Source: Macrostomum hystrix (lineage: Eukaryota; Animalia; Platyhelminthes). From it: DNA of 64,000 nucleotides. Location: contig CATNEN010000038.1 in the NCBI GenBank assembly GCA_950097015.1, positions 22,630,001 through 22,694,000 on the forward strand, read 5' to 3'. The notes under the pieces were generated by a model, which was not told the origin of the DNA, searched no databases, and saw only the letters and a list, made by a program, of their open reading frames with translations. Positions 11,700 to 24,200 of this stretch are shown piece by piece. The position numbers were made by a program, and so were the translations under genes. Each line of letters starts with the position of its first letter. The stretch's first letter is position 1.

Positions 11700-13140
11700 C
11701 AACAACGACAACAACAACAAAAGACGCGAGGCCCAAAAGTCAGCAAGGCATGCAGCGTCAGATGGCGCACTGCATAGCCAGAGTGCGAACATATTCCCGT
11801 TGGCAGTGTACGTCTGGCGCCCCAGCGTTTAGCATAAGTCGACATACCGGAGGGTCCGAGGCTGAATGGGCCCTGCAAGGTGAGCAGAAGGACGTCCTGG
11901 ATAGGTTGGCGGCAGTAATTTTCAGCCCGAATCAGCGCTAGTCGACGTCGCCGCTGGCGCAGGATGATGGACGGGCGTTGCAGCTGGGCGTAAAGAGCCT
12001 GGGACCCGACGTGCGCAGCAGCCCCGAGTGCGCCGAGTCCATGCAGCTGCCGATCCAGCGTAGCTGTCAGCGTCCAACAACTCGGAGTTGTACACAGGAC
12101 GGTCTCGTCCACCGCCTGCCAAAGCCGAGCTCTCTGGCGGTCAGGCAGTGCTTCGGACTGGAGGGCGGCACGAATCGACCAGGTAGTCCGGCCATACGAT
12201 TCCTCTGCGCCGCCGGATATCCACCTCTCAAAGTGGGGCACCAGACCGCCGAGGTAAGCAAACTGCTGACAGCAAGCGAGCAAGATGATGTGCCCGTCTG
12301 CGCCGCGGCATGTCAGGTCCGCTTGAATGTCTGCCGGCACCGTCAGCACCTCGGTCTTAAGCGTGTTGATTACTAGGCCAACGCGTGATGTCACCTCGGC
12401 CAACCTGTCAATATGGCGCTGGGCGCCTTCAACGTAACAGACGTCGGCGTAGCTAAGCAAAGACTACTACAGTAGAAGGACGGTGCACTCGCAAATACTC
12501 GCTAACTACGTGGTCCTTGAGCCAAGCACGCTGAGACGCTTCTCATCATGGCGGCGACAAATGCGTCTACGCAGCAGAAAGCCGTCTTCGGCTGAGGGCA
12601 GCGCTGTCCGACGCACCCAGTCCAGGGAAGCATGAAGAAGAGCGGGGTCCAGCGCATCGCCCTGTGCAGCACTCCTGACGAGGTAGCAAACAAAACGGAC
12701 AACAACAGCGCGCGTATAACCGCTACAACTAGCTGCTCTGGGAGCGCGGCCCTCGACACCGTGTCAAACGACTTGAGAAAGTCAGCAAACACGACGCGAT
12801 CAGCGTTGACTTTCAGATGCGCGCCTCCTAGATGACACCGCGGCGGAGTGCGAGGATCTTGTTCAACCGTACCACGTTCGGCCGGAGCCCGTTCTGCTCG
12901 TATTGGAGGTTTCGCAGCACCGACTGTAGGCGATCGAGGAGCAGTCGGTTGAAATGCTTCGCGGTGCAGGATGAGTGAGATTCCGCGATGTCCTTCCGCA
13001 TTGTCCCGGCCTTCAATGGGATTGGCACGATGTGCACGATGGTCCACTCGGTAGGTGCGGTGGCGGCGCCGAGCACGCGGTTCATGGCGCCTCTGACTTG
13101 CGCAGCGGACTTCGGCATGGCGGAGTTCGGCATCTGCGCA
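11700..13140 (-). pseudogene. Decayed, 5'-truncated non-LTR retrotransposon (LINE) reverse transcriptase
   Basis: RT motif fragments in several frames (IVPIPLK, ISL, FADFLKSFDTVSR, LSYADV, GLVINTLKTEVL, FAYLGG); many frameshifts; GC-rich; microsatellite tail. Confidence 0.85.
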
Positions 13141-16100
13141 AGCCTTGGACTTGTGCAGAGAGTTATTAGAAATTGAAGAATATAAATTTCTAAATAAAAA
13201 CGTTTCTTTGGAAAAAAAATCCCTATCCGATAGACAAGAGGCGATCTTATTCAGAGATAAGAGTAGAGCATGGGCGTGTAATCATATCGATTGATTGACC
13301 CAAGGCAAACTCTCTCGGGCTTATTCAGTATTGTGAGGGGGGAGATTGCGTGCTGCAAGGGAAAATTGATCGCTGCCTGCTAGCGTCCTCTCGTGCCCGC
13401 AGCGAAGAAACAGACCAGTCCCCTATTCGCCCAGGCTAAGAATTCTGTGCGTCATCAACCTGCCAAGGCCAGGGCTTCAAGCGAAACCAGGGACTAACAA
13501 ACTATATTGATCAGCAGGCACTGCAGAAAGGGCACAGAATAAAAGTGCATGCATTCAATGCTTATTCATCTCAGTTGAGCAGTATTTGTCTGGTGAACTG
13601 CGCTGATTGGCAAAAAAGTACGACTCACACAAGCTTGGTATAATATGAGTGCTGCTTAAAGTACAAGCGAACTTCGATCATATTTTTAGTTTCTTCCGTC
13701 CTTGTTTTGGCTGTCCATCTGTTAACCTATAATCTAACCGTTACTCCATTTGCCGATGCACTGTATAGTTCCAGCACGTAATGCCCTAGTTCGGGCACGT
13801 GATACCGTTCTTGGGTGTCACACAGGTGATGCCCCACGGCCTGATTTCTCGCCAAGATCGCATAAATGAGGGCCTCTTTTTTCCATACTGCTGCACAGAA
13901 ATTATGTTGATCTCAAGTCGCAAATAAAATATTTTGAGTACATTACACTAACAATACGTCAGCATGTAGTGCAGTATACTATAGTGCATATACTTTAGAA
14001 CTGCCTGACCGACTGACACTGATACTGTACCGATTGTCACCGAAGTGAAAATGTTATTTTACGATGCGTTTTAAATAATTAGCTGGCCGACACTGTTATT
14101 TAAGTTGAAAAAACAGTGACACCTGCAGAGAGTTGCTTGCTGGTGCGGGTGGGCACGCACTCAGCCAGCCCCGATAAGACGGACGCAAGCTTACTCGCTG
14201 TCGTTAACAAAACAGTACAATACACCGCCCTTTAATCTTATCAGATGAAGCATGAACCATTGAGGCGCCTGCGCAGGCTGCAGCTGAGTTTCAGTCGCGA
14301 GCTCTGAAAACAGCCTGGTTTGTTATTGCCAGAGAGGCATGGAAAATTCCAACGAGTGCGGGAGTGCGGGCCGTGCATTTTCCTTCTAAATTCTCTCTCC
14401 TCCTTATCGCACTTTGTCCTGCCCTGCCCCAGCCACCCCATCCTCGCGCTTAAATTCTCTACCCTGTCTCTCTCTTGGAGTGGAATTTTCCATCGCCCTA
14501 TATTTCTAATTTTTTTTCTATTAGAACATCGTCCTACTAGGACCTACTAATTATTTTGTAAATTATTACAACATTTTGTATGTTGTAAACTAAACTGGCT
14601 GATCGGAAAAGTGGCAAGGAAAGCCTAAGTGGCGGATTCGAAAAGTGGCACTGACAGCCGAAGGCGCAGATCAGATGCAGGTCAATAAAAATAATTTAAT
14701 ATTTTATTATCGATATCGTAATATCGTATATGCCCAAAATTTAGTGCCACTTTGTTTATAGTAACTTTGAAATAATTTTTCCTTGGCTTTGCAACTTTAT
14801 AATATTATAAAATGGATACAATTAAGTTACTTGGAAGGGCGCCCGTCCTCGGTGAGAGGTAAAAGGGTTTAGGTGGAACTGGTTTAAACCAGACAATATT
14901 TTAATAAGTTCTTCCCTAGTCAAGTTTCCTTCTCTCTCTCCTCTTTGCTCGGTTGGAGGAGACGGAACGGCTGAACTCCCGAAGCTTTGAGCAGTTGGCT
15001 ACGACGCTTTGGGGATATTATTCCCACATGAATTGGGAATAGGGGCATTATAAGTGCATGTACACTGCCTAAATAGGCATATTGCAATTAGCGTATGAGT
15101 GCAAGAAGAGGAAAAAAGAAGCGATGACTACTCCCCAGGGGGCATAGTCAGTGAATTAGGATTATTGTGCATGCATAATTCGTGACGCAGTTCCCGAATG
15201 GGAATACCATCGCGAAGTCCATGTGCATTTTACTGATACATGTTTGTGCTTAGGGATGGAAATTTGAAGCATGGCGATTTTAATTAGGAAATTGGCTTGG
15301 GAAATAAAAATGGGAATTTTTTTTTGCTTTTGGGACAAAATTAAAGTGCGCACTTTATGGATAGTATGAATGACAGCATAGGGCAGAGGGAAGCCAGATT
15401 TTCTGTAGAAGCTTAGGGTGAAGGCAGAGGTTGGAGGGGAGAATGGAGGTGAGAATAGGATAGAAGGAAGTAGGATGATATGATGTAGAAGTCAGCAAGG
15501 GTGTAAAAAACAAATAAATTGATTGAAAGTCAAAGCAACAAAGTTTATGATGTAACCAATGACGCATTGTAAAAACATACAAGTAAGTACTTTTGTGACG
15601 CATTTTACACATTCCTGTTGTGTGCCTTTCGTTTGTATTTTAAAATTAAACGGAACAAAAATGTTTAACAAAAATACGACTTTAATCTCTAGGTTAATAA
15701 AGGATTGTTAAATCGTTGTTCAATTGCTCGTAAAATAGGTCTAAGGAAAAATGAACCGCAAATATACGTCAACGAAAAATCCCGAAGCAGATATAAATAT
15801 TGCCACAACAATCAGAAAGAGTCCCGACTTCTCTGGGAAAAGTTTTTTTTACAAAAACTAAAAAATGTGAATGATGCCACCTTTTAGTTTAAACGTCAAT
15901 AAAAAAGTAAAAATCGTAAAACGTTTAGAAAGCAAGAAAAAAACTGGCTTGAAAATGATTTCTTTGAAAAAATATAGAAACTACGAAATAAAAACTTACC
16001 TCACCTACACATTCGTTGCTTTTAATTGAAAATTCATACAAGCTAAAATTCAGTGTCGATTTTTTAGCTTTCCTCAGTACACACTTGACTGTCAAGATTA

Positions 16101-16638
16101 CCTTTCAGATTAAATTCATACAACGTACTGCAGGTTATGTTTCAAAAAGCGGCTAGTACTGGTTATGCAATGCAACTGAATGTTATCAACACACTTTATA
16201 ATCTTGACAATCATGTGACACCCAGATTTAAAATAAGTTGACCAGAACATTTCCTAAAAATAAAGTTTTGCGGATTCGTAATCAAACCACAATTTGTTAA
16301 TATGAAGATAAATTTAATAGACGGCATTAAAGCAAGAATAAGCGCAAAGTATTAAAGCGATTTTATATTAAAAATTAACTTAGATCTTAGATTATACCTC
16401 TTTGTGAATGACGCATATGAGTTATTTAAAGTTAATTAATAAAACGAACGAACGAACAATTAATAGGTCAGATACGAATTTAAATAACGGCAACAACATC
16501 AACGCTAACAAAGGAAAAAAACGAACAAAAAACACAAGAAAAACTGACCAAACATGGCGAATTTTTCCCTAAAACTTTCCTTCACTTCTCATGGGTTGGA
16601 TCAATTCTGTTAGCCACACTGCTAGCCGGGCTCAACTC

Positions 16639-18345
16639 TCAGTCGGAGATGGTGTAGGCCATGTAAGCGAAGCCGTCTGCGTCTAGACCAATCATGCCGC
16701 CACCGTTGGCAGTTCGCGGCTCGAAGCAGGCGAAGCCAAGAAAAGGCAGAGTTTTCATTAGCGTGTCTGAAATTTGAGTGAGTGGATTACCAGTAGAAAT
16801 ACCAAGCGGGGGGATTGCCCCCTGACAATTTTTGTGCTGCACCCGAACGGAGCAACGCAAGCACACGAAACTCAAGAACACGGGCCAAATTTTTGTTGCG
16901 CATCTTCTGAAACAATTAAGTCGCCAGCCCTTTAGATCGTCGAGATACTCAATGGTTCTGGCCGAAGGTCGGATTTTTCCCATAAGCGCGCTAGTGCATT
17001 TCATACACCCCTACACGAATTAGCACTGCGCCTCTGTGCGGCCTTGCCAGGCCTTCAAAGTGTATCAGCACGTCACCCGAATGTGCCTGCATCATCTCCG
17101 TCTTCGGTGGTCACCTACCTTTATCTAGACGGACTGCTGGACCTTCAATGGGTAAAACTGGTGGAACTAGACCACTATGGACACCTGACGCGAATCAACC
17201 ACAGGACACCATCGCCTAGTCTGTAAACTAATCAGTCACCACCCAACGCTGTTACCATCCAGGCGCTGCCAAAAAAATTCAGGGGGAGAGAAATTCCCCT
17301 TGGTATAAAAAAGGCGGCAAAATTGTTTGGTAGTCCTACGGTTGAAGAATAAATAAGGACTTGAGTTTGATAATTATACATCAACAGAAGATCAATAAAT
17401 AATTAAAGCCGGACCGTTCGATGGCTAATCAACGATGTACAGCTACTGATCATAAACCAATCAGAGAATGCTATAGTGACAATGACCAAACAAAGACCGA
17501 AGATTGACCAATAAAAAACTGACAGATTCATATTTTATGCTCAGTGCTCACCCTTGTCCTGTCTTTGCCTGCTAACGCCCAGCAGCACTCGTCGGCAGTG
17601 CAATTCCTCCTCGGCAAACTCTAGCATGTCGGTGAGGTCACGCTTGAGGCGCTCACCAACCTGTTCCGTCTCGCCAAGGTGTAACACCATGGCGCGGCCG
17701 GCACCGTCTGGATGATCGCCAACAAGCGTGTAGGGAAGAGGCTGCGGCTGGCTGGTGTCAAGCTCAGTCGCCGAATCCGCGTCAAACTCTTCTCTGTTGT
17801 TGTTATCCTCGTAGCAGAAGTCGCCAACATCGTCATAGCCGAGGTTGTCGTCGCCGATGACAAAGCGAGCCGACTTTTTCTCTTTATCCTTGGTCTTGTC
17901 CACTTGTAGCTGCTGCTGCTGCTGCTGGCGGTGGTGGCTCTCTGATCTTCTGGCAGCAAACGACTGTCCGCTAACATGGGTGACAGGGGGCTTTTGTGAT
18001 TCCCCCAGGCCGCTGCCCTCTGTCAACAACTCTGCGCTGTCAACTAAGGCGGCCCGGGGAGCATCAAAAACGCCACCCAGGCCCGGCAGGCGGTCGCGAG
18101 CAGAAGTTGTCTAACTCCGTGCTCCTATAAAAAGAAATAGATATTTTGATTGTTATTAGTACAGAAAGCCACCAATAGCTGATTGCTGCTAAACGGTTAA
18201 CTATTACATTTTTTACATTTAAAATCATGTCAATGATGATTTCAGACCCAAAGGCCCGATGAATCAAAATGAAATAAAACGAAATCATACAAAAAGCTAA
18301 ATTATTTAGATATTTATGTACTTACCGGAAGGAAAGCTTCGCCAT
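16639..18345 (-). CDS. OAZ: Ornithine decarboxylase antizyme; exons 18345-18326, 18124-17552, 16766-16639; +1 frameshift at 18069-18064
   Basis: ORF1 MAKLSFRSTELDNFCSRPPAGPGWRF-stop (GGG CCT GGG TGG CGT TTT TGA T). The +1 frame continues DAPR...KRDLTDMLEFAEEELHC...LMKTLPFLGF...YMAYTISD, the antizyme domain. GT-AG sites are in phase. Confidence 0.96.
17981..18069 (-). promoter_or_regulatory. Antizyme +1 frameshift site UUU-UGA and 3' stimulatory pseudoknot
   Basis: Stem 1 UCCCCGGGCCGC (18060-18049) / GCGGCCUGGGGG (18013-18002); stem 2 UGACAGAGGGC (18025-18015) / GCCCCCUGUCA (17991-17981), 10 of 11 pairs. Confidence 0.85.
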
Positions 18346-18458
18346 GTTTGGTTCCCGTAGGGGCTACAATGCGACTGCCTTGTGGTTGGCCGGTTTCGCA
18401 AAAAATTGCGTACCCAAAGGGTATACAAATATTATGACGAGATTATGCAGTTTGTTTC

Positions 18459-18470
18459 GCTTATATATAC
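18459..18470 (-). promoter_or_regulatory. Putative TATA box of antizyme, in the region shared head-to-head with AP2A
   Basis: GTATATATAAGC about 115-125 nt upstream of the ATG, with a TCAT initiator-like site ~30 nt downstream. Confidence 0.5.
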
Positions 18471-19182
18471 ACAAGCTACAAAAAGTAAAACAAAAAAGGA
18501 AATAGTTTTTTACATTTACTTACAGATTCTCTCAATTAATATAATAACTTAGTCATTAAGCATAATATTTTCTGCTTCTGACGCGATTTTACTTTTTGGC
18601 TGATTAAGTGAACTCAAACTTGAAGTTTTGAGCGGTTTCCTACAAATAAGTTTCAGTGTTTACTTTAATTTAAGATCGAGTTAAAAAACTCTTGGACGCA
18701 TTAGCTGTATTAATTTTATCTCATACAGATATTTCAGATGGTTGTGCTTTTTTCAGATTTACTAAGAATATGCATCAACTTGTTCTTATGTAGCCATTTC
18801 TGCAGGCAGTTATTTATTTTTCGTCTATTGTGTCTAGTCAAAATGTCATTATTTTGTCTAGGTGGATAATACTTTCCTCTATTTCTACTATTCCAAATAT
18901 TTGAGATATAAAGGCCTAGATATTATAATTTTTATACCATGCTGACATAGATTGCTGCAGTGCACCCTTTACCTGTTATCAAAAAATTCTGTTACATCAC
19001 TAGCAATTGATCAAAACTTTTGGGCTAAGCCTACCTACTATGCTCATATGACTAAAGTACTCAATTAAAAAGAAAATGGGTTATATTGCAGTTTGTTTTG
19101 CATAATTATTTTTCATTTTGTATTGGTGCCATTGCATCACATAGAGCATTAATTTGATCCAAATAGTCATGCCACATCTGTC

Positions 19183-19636
19183 AGTCCCAGGTCATTTCGG
19201 TGACAAGATATTTTGGTGACAGAATTGGTCAGTTCGGTGACAACTATCTTTGCACCTAAATATGTTGAGAAAACAGCCTTCCACGATCCAGCAGCTGCAC
19301 TTGCCTTGTCAATCCAAAACTTGAAAAATTATTATTATACACATTTAATTAGGAACAAATAACTATTGAAACTATTGACTAGGCCTACTCATTAAATAAT
19401 TTAATAATTTAACTCATTAAAAGTAAAACCCAGACTTAATCAGAGTGATGCAGCTTCTTATTAATACTTATAGCATTATTTAATTAATACTTTATAAGTG
19501 TGCATAGTTAAAATGGAAGGCTGTTTTTAGCATATTTATTAGGTGCAAAAATAGTTGTCACCAATCTGACTAATTGTGTCACTGAAATGACTTGAGTTGT
19601 CACCGAAATGTCTTGTCCCCAAAATGACCTTGTCCC
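19183..19636. mobile_element. MITE with ~100-bp TIRs
   Basis: GGTCATTTCGGTGACAAG...AAAACAGCCTTCCA inverted at TGGAAGGCTGTTTT...CCAAAATGACC; 8-bp TSD CATCTGTC (19175-19182, 19637-19644). Confidence 0.82.
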
Positions 19637-21225
19637 CATCTGTCTATGGCATAGAGTGTGAGTTTGAGCCAACTATAGCCTAGTCATGCCAAAGCCATAT
19701 TTTTACATTTGAAAAAAACAAAATATATTCAACATAGACAAACAAAAAAGTAATGACAGGCATTCTAGTCAGTTGTTGCATTAGTTATTGAATTTTGAAC
19801 ATTCACAAAAGATTATAGTGGGCTATTGAGAACATAATGGCACTGAGGGGTAGAGCCACCACCAACAATACACTTTATAATGAGTCTTGTACAGTTATGA
19901 GTCAGATATGCCTTGCATGTTTTGAAATTTCTGCTTTGCATGGGCTCAATTCAAACTCTAGGGTTTCAGCCATAAACAGATGATTTAGCATGAATTAGGC
20001 CTCCCCTAGATCAAATTCAGACTCTGCATGATTTTGAGAATCATTCAAACTTAAAAAAATATGGTGTGTGGTTGTTTCATCTGAAGCCTTTTTGTCTGCC
20101 ATGGTATTTTGGTAGACAAAACAACCATTTTTTCATAGTATTATTCACATGATGCAAAACAAACAGTAATATTGCTAGAATATTTTGTTATATGCTTTAG
20201 TTTTAGTACTTGCTAGTTTGTTGTTTCTTTTCAGTTCTTTAACAAAACACATGATTGTAGAAGCAAAAAAGCAAGTTAATCTTTTTTATTACTATTTGGT
20301 CAAGACAAAAGTTTATTTCAGGTCCATGCAGATATACTATATAGGTAATATAACTACTTTCTATATTAGAGGTGATGTAATAATAATCAATTTACAGGTG
20401 ATTTTGGTCAAGCAAAACTATTATGTTAACTTAATTGCTAATGCATGTGATTTATCAGCCACCAAACATATATATTGAGAGTTCAAGAAAAAGTTTATAC
20501 TTGTGCATATCCTAATGGCACATGCCAATAACACAATTGTACATATCTAGGCTATTTTTAGTTTTGGTTGCTAGCATGCTAGCTAATGTGCTAATTTTTT
20601 TTTCAGTTTACCCAAACCACTAGCTATAGCTAGGCCTGGAATAATTTGTCAACAAGAAAGATACATAAAATAATAATGATAGACTCCATCGAGCCAAGTT
20701 ACATTTAACCTTTCTCTACTAAAAGATGCATGAACTAGCCATTTTTTTTCTTTTAGTCAAGAAGTACCTAAAATTATGATAACTTGCTCTTATATCACAG
20801 CAAGACTTAGAATTTCTAGAGATTAGTGGTTTCAAGCTTGCGAATGTTGTTTTTATATTGGGGAAATGTGTGTATTACCATAAAAATGGTGCACTCATAT
20901 TTATCCAAATGTTTTAGCTTTTTTCAAACATAATTATGCCCATTCTCAATACTGTTCTAACTTAGCTCCAATATCTATTGTCATTTAAGTAAGCTTGACT
21001 GTCTTTAATTACTATAAACTTAGTTTACTTTGTATTAAAATATCAGAAACTTAAGGATATCATTGTTCATATTAAGAAATATTTCTTTTTGTTCAACATC
21101 AAAAAAGCTTTCCAATTCATATTTTTAATGGCAAGTTTATAAAAAACTGTCACTTTCTCTTTAAATTGGTATCTTTTTCAGCCATTTTTATTATAAAAAC
21201 TTTCTAATTATAAAGCATCACAGAC

Positions 21226-24200
21226 ATGCCTGCTGTAAAAGATTCAATGCGCGGACTGGCTGTGTTCATCTCGGACATCAGAAACTGTAAGTTTTTTCTT
21301 GTTTTGTAAACAGATTGTTATTCTGATACAGTAAGGTATCCATTTTTTTATTTGACTGATGAACCTTTTTAACACTTCTAATTCATTCCCATTCGACAGG
21401 CAAGAGCAAGGAGGCGGAAGAGAAACGAATCAACAAAGAGTTGGCCAATATTCGGTCTAAATTCAAAGGCGACAAAGCCTTAGATGGCTATCAGAAAAAG
21501 AAATATGTCTGCAAGTTGCTCTTCATCTTTCTGCTTGGCAATGACATTGACTTTGGCCACATGGAGGCTGTCAACTTGCTTAATTCCAACAAGTACACGG
21601 AGAAGCAGATTGTAAGTATTTATTTAGTACAAGTATATGACACAATATAGGTACGCTATTCAGTCTCGAAAAGCTTGAGAACCAGCGTTGGTCAATGTAG
21701 GAAAATTCCTTGGACAGTATCTGATGTTTATAAAACATATTTTTGTCAGTGTCTGATGCTTGGGAATTATCTTTGGTCAGTGTCTGATGCTTGGGAATTA
21801 TGTTTGGTCAGTGTCTGATGCTTGGGAATTATCTTTGGTCAGTGTCTGATGCTTGGGAATTATCTTTGGTCAGTGTCTGATGCTTGGGAATTATCTTTGG
21901 TCAGTGTCTGATGCTTGGGAATTATCTTTGGTCAGTGTCTGATGCTTGGGAATTATCTTTGGTCAGTGTCAGGTGTTTGGAAACCATCTTTGGTCAGTGT
22001 CAGGTGTTTGAGAACCATCTTTGGTCAGTGTCAGGTGTTTGGAAACCATCTTTGGTCAGTGTCAGGTGTTTGGAAACCATCTTTGGTCAGTGTCAGGTGT
22101 TTGGAAACCATCTTTGGTCAGTGTCAGGTGTTTGGAAACCATCTTTGGTCAGTGTCAGGTGTTTGAAAACCATCTTTGGTCAGTGTCAGGTGTTTGGAAA
22201 CCATCTTTGGTCAGTGTCAGGTGTTTGGGAACCATCTTTGGTCAGTGTCAGGTGTTTGGAAACCATCTTTGGTCAGTGTCAGGTGTTTGGGAACCATCTT
22301 TGGTCAGTGTCAGGTGTTTGGAAACCATCTTTGGTCAGTGTCAGGTGTTTGGGAACCATCTTTGGTCAGTGTCAGGTGTTTGGAAACCATCTTTGGTCAG
22401 TGTCAGGTGTTTGAGAACCATCTTTGGTCAGTGTCAGGTGTTTGAGAACCATTTTTCTTGTCTTTTTTTCTACTAACTTCAACAAACCATTTGGTTAGAT
22501 CGATATTTAAATTATTCTAACGCAGTAAAATTGCAACTCAACACACACAGGGCTACCTATTCATCTCCGTGCTAATCAGCGAGAACAACGAGCTAATGCG
22601 CCTAGTTCAGCAGAACCTGAAGAACGACCTGTCCTCTCGCAATCCTGTCCACGTCAACCTGGCTCTAGAATGCATCGCCAACATTGGCAGCAAGGAGATG
22701 GTTGAAATTTTTGCGCCAGAGATTCCCAAGCTGTTGGTGATGGGTGACGCTGGCGATACCGTCAAGCAGAGCGCTGCCCTCTGCCTGCTGAAGCTCTTCA
22801 GGACCGCGCCGGAGATGGTTCCCCTTGGCGACTGGACCTCCCGTGTCATTCACCTGCTGAATGATCAGCATATGGGTGTTGTTACGGCTGCCGTTTCGCT
22901 CATCGAAGCTCTGGTTAAACGCAATCCGGACGATTTCAAAGGCTGCGTCTCGTTGAGCATTTCAAGGCTTGCCAGAATTGTCACTTCATCCTATACGGAT
23001 CTACAGGTGAGTAAAACTTACATGTGTTAGGGATTTGAAGCTAGATTTGTGTTAGGAATTTGTCAGTGGATGTCAGCTAGGTGTGTCAGTGGATGTCAGC
23101 TAGGTGTGTCAGTGGATGTCAGCTAGGTGTGTCAGTGGATGTCAGCTAGGTGTGTCAGTGGATGTCAGCTAGGTGTGTCAGTGGATGTCAGCTAGGTGTG
23201 TCAGTGGATGTCAGCTAGGTGTGTCAGTGGATGTCAGCTAGGTGTGTCAGTGGATTTCAGCTAGGTGTGTCAGTGGATGTCAGCTAGGTGTGTCAGTGGA
23301 TGTCAGCCAGCTAGGTGTGTCAGTGGATGTCAGCTAGGTGTGTCAGTGGATTTCAGCTAGGTGTGTCAGTGGATGTCAGCTAGGTGTGTCAGTGGATGTC
23401 AGCTAGGTGTGTCAGTGGATGTCAGCCAGCTAGGTGTGTCAGTGGATGTCAGCTAGGTGTGTCAGTGGATGTCAGCTAGGTGTGTCAGTGGATGTCAGCT
23501 AGGTGTGTCAGTGGATGTCAGCCAGCTAGGTGTGTCAGTGGATGTCAGCTAGGTGTGTCAGTGGATTCAGCTAGGTGTGTCAGTGGATGTCAGCCAGCTA
23601 GGTGTGTCAGTGGATGTCAGCTAGGTGTGTCAGTGGATGTCAGCCTCAGCTAGGTGTGTCAGTGGATTTCAGCTAGGTGTGTCAGTGGATGTCAGCTAGG
23701 TGTGTCAGTGGATGTCAGCCAGCTAGGTGTGTCAGTGGATGTCAGCTAGGTGTGTCAGTGGATTTCAGCTAGGTGTGTCAGTGGATGTCAGCTAGGTGTG
23801 TCAGTGGATGTCAGCTAGGTGTGTCAGTGGATGTCAGCCAGCTAGGTGTGTCAGTGGATGTCAGCTAGGTGTGTCAGTGGATGTCAGCTAGGTGTGTCAG
23901 TGGATGTCAGCTAGGTGTGTCAGTGGATGTCAGCCAGCTAGGTGTGTCAGTGGATGTCAGCTAGGTGTGTCAGTGGATTTCAGCTAGGTGTGTCAGTGGA
24001 TGTCAGCCAGCTAGGTGTGTCAGTGGATGTCAGCTAGGTGTGTCAGTGGATGTCAGCCAGCTAGGTGTGTCAGTGGATGTCAGCCAGCTAGGTGTGTCAG
24101 TGGATGTCAGCTAGGTGTGTCAGTGGATGTCAGCCAGCTAGGTGTGTCAGTGGATGTCAGCTAGGTGTGTCAGTGGATGTCAGCTAGGTGTGTCAGTGGA

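Noticed and set aside
21884-22476. Long repetitive ORFs over tandem arrays (also 32546-33205, 35947-36438, 44725-45775, 46766-47595, 47922-49238, 58544-59070)
   Set aside because: By-products of stop-free repeat units inside introns of well-supported genes; several frames are open at once and no domains are present.
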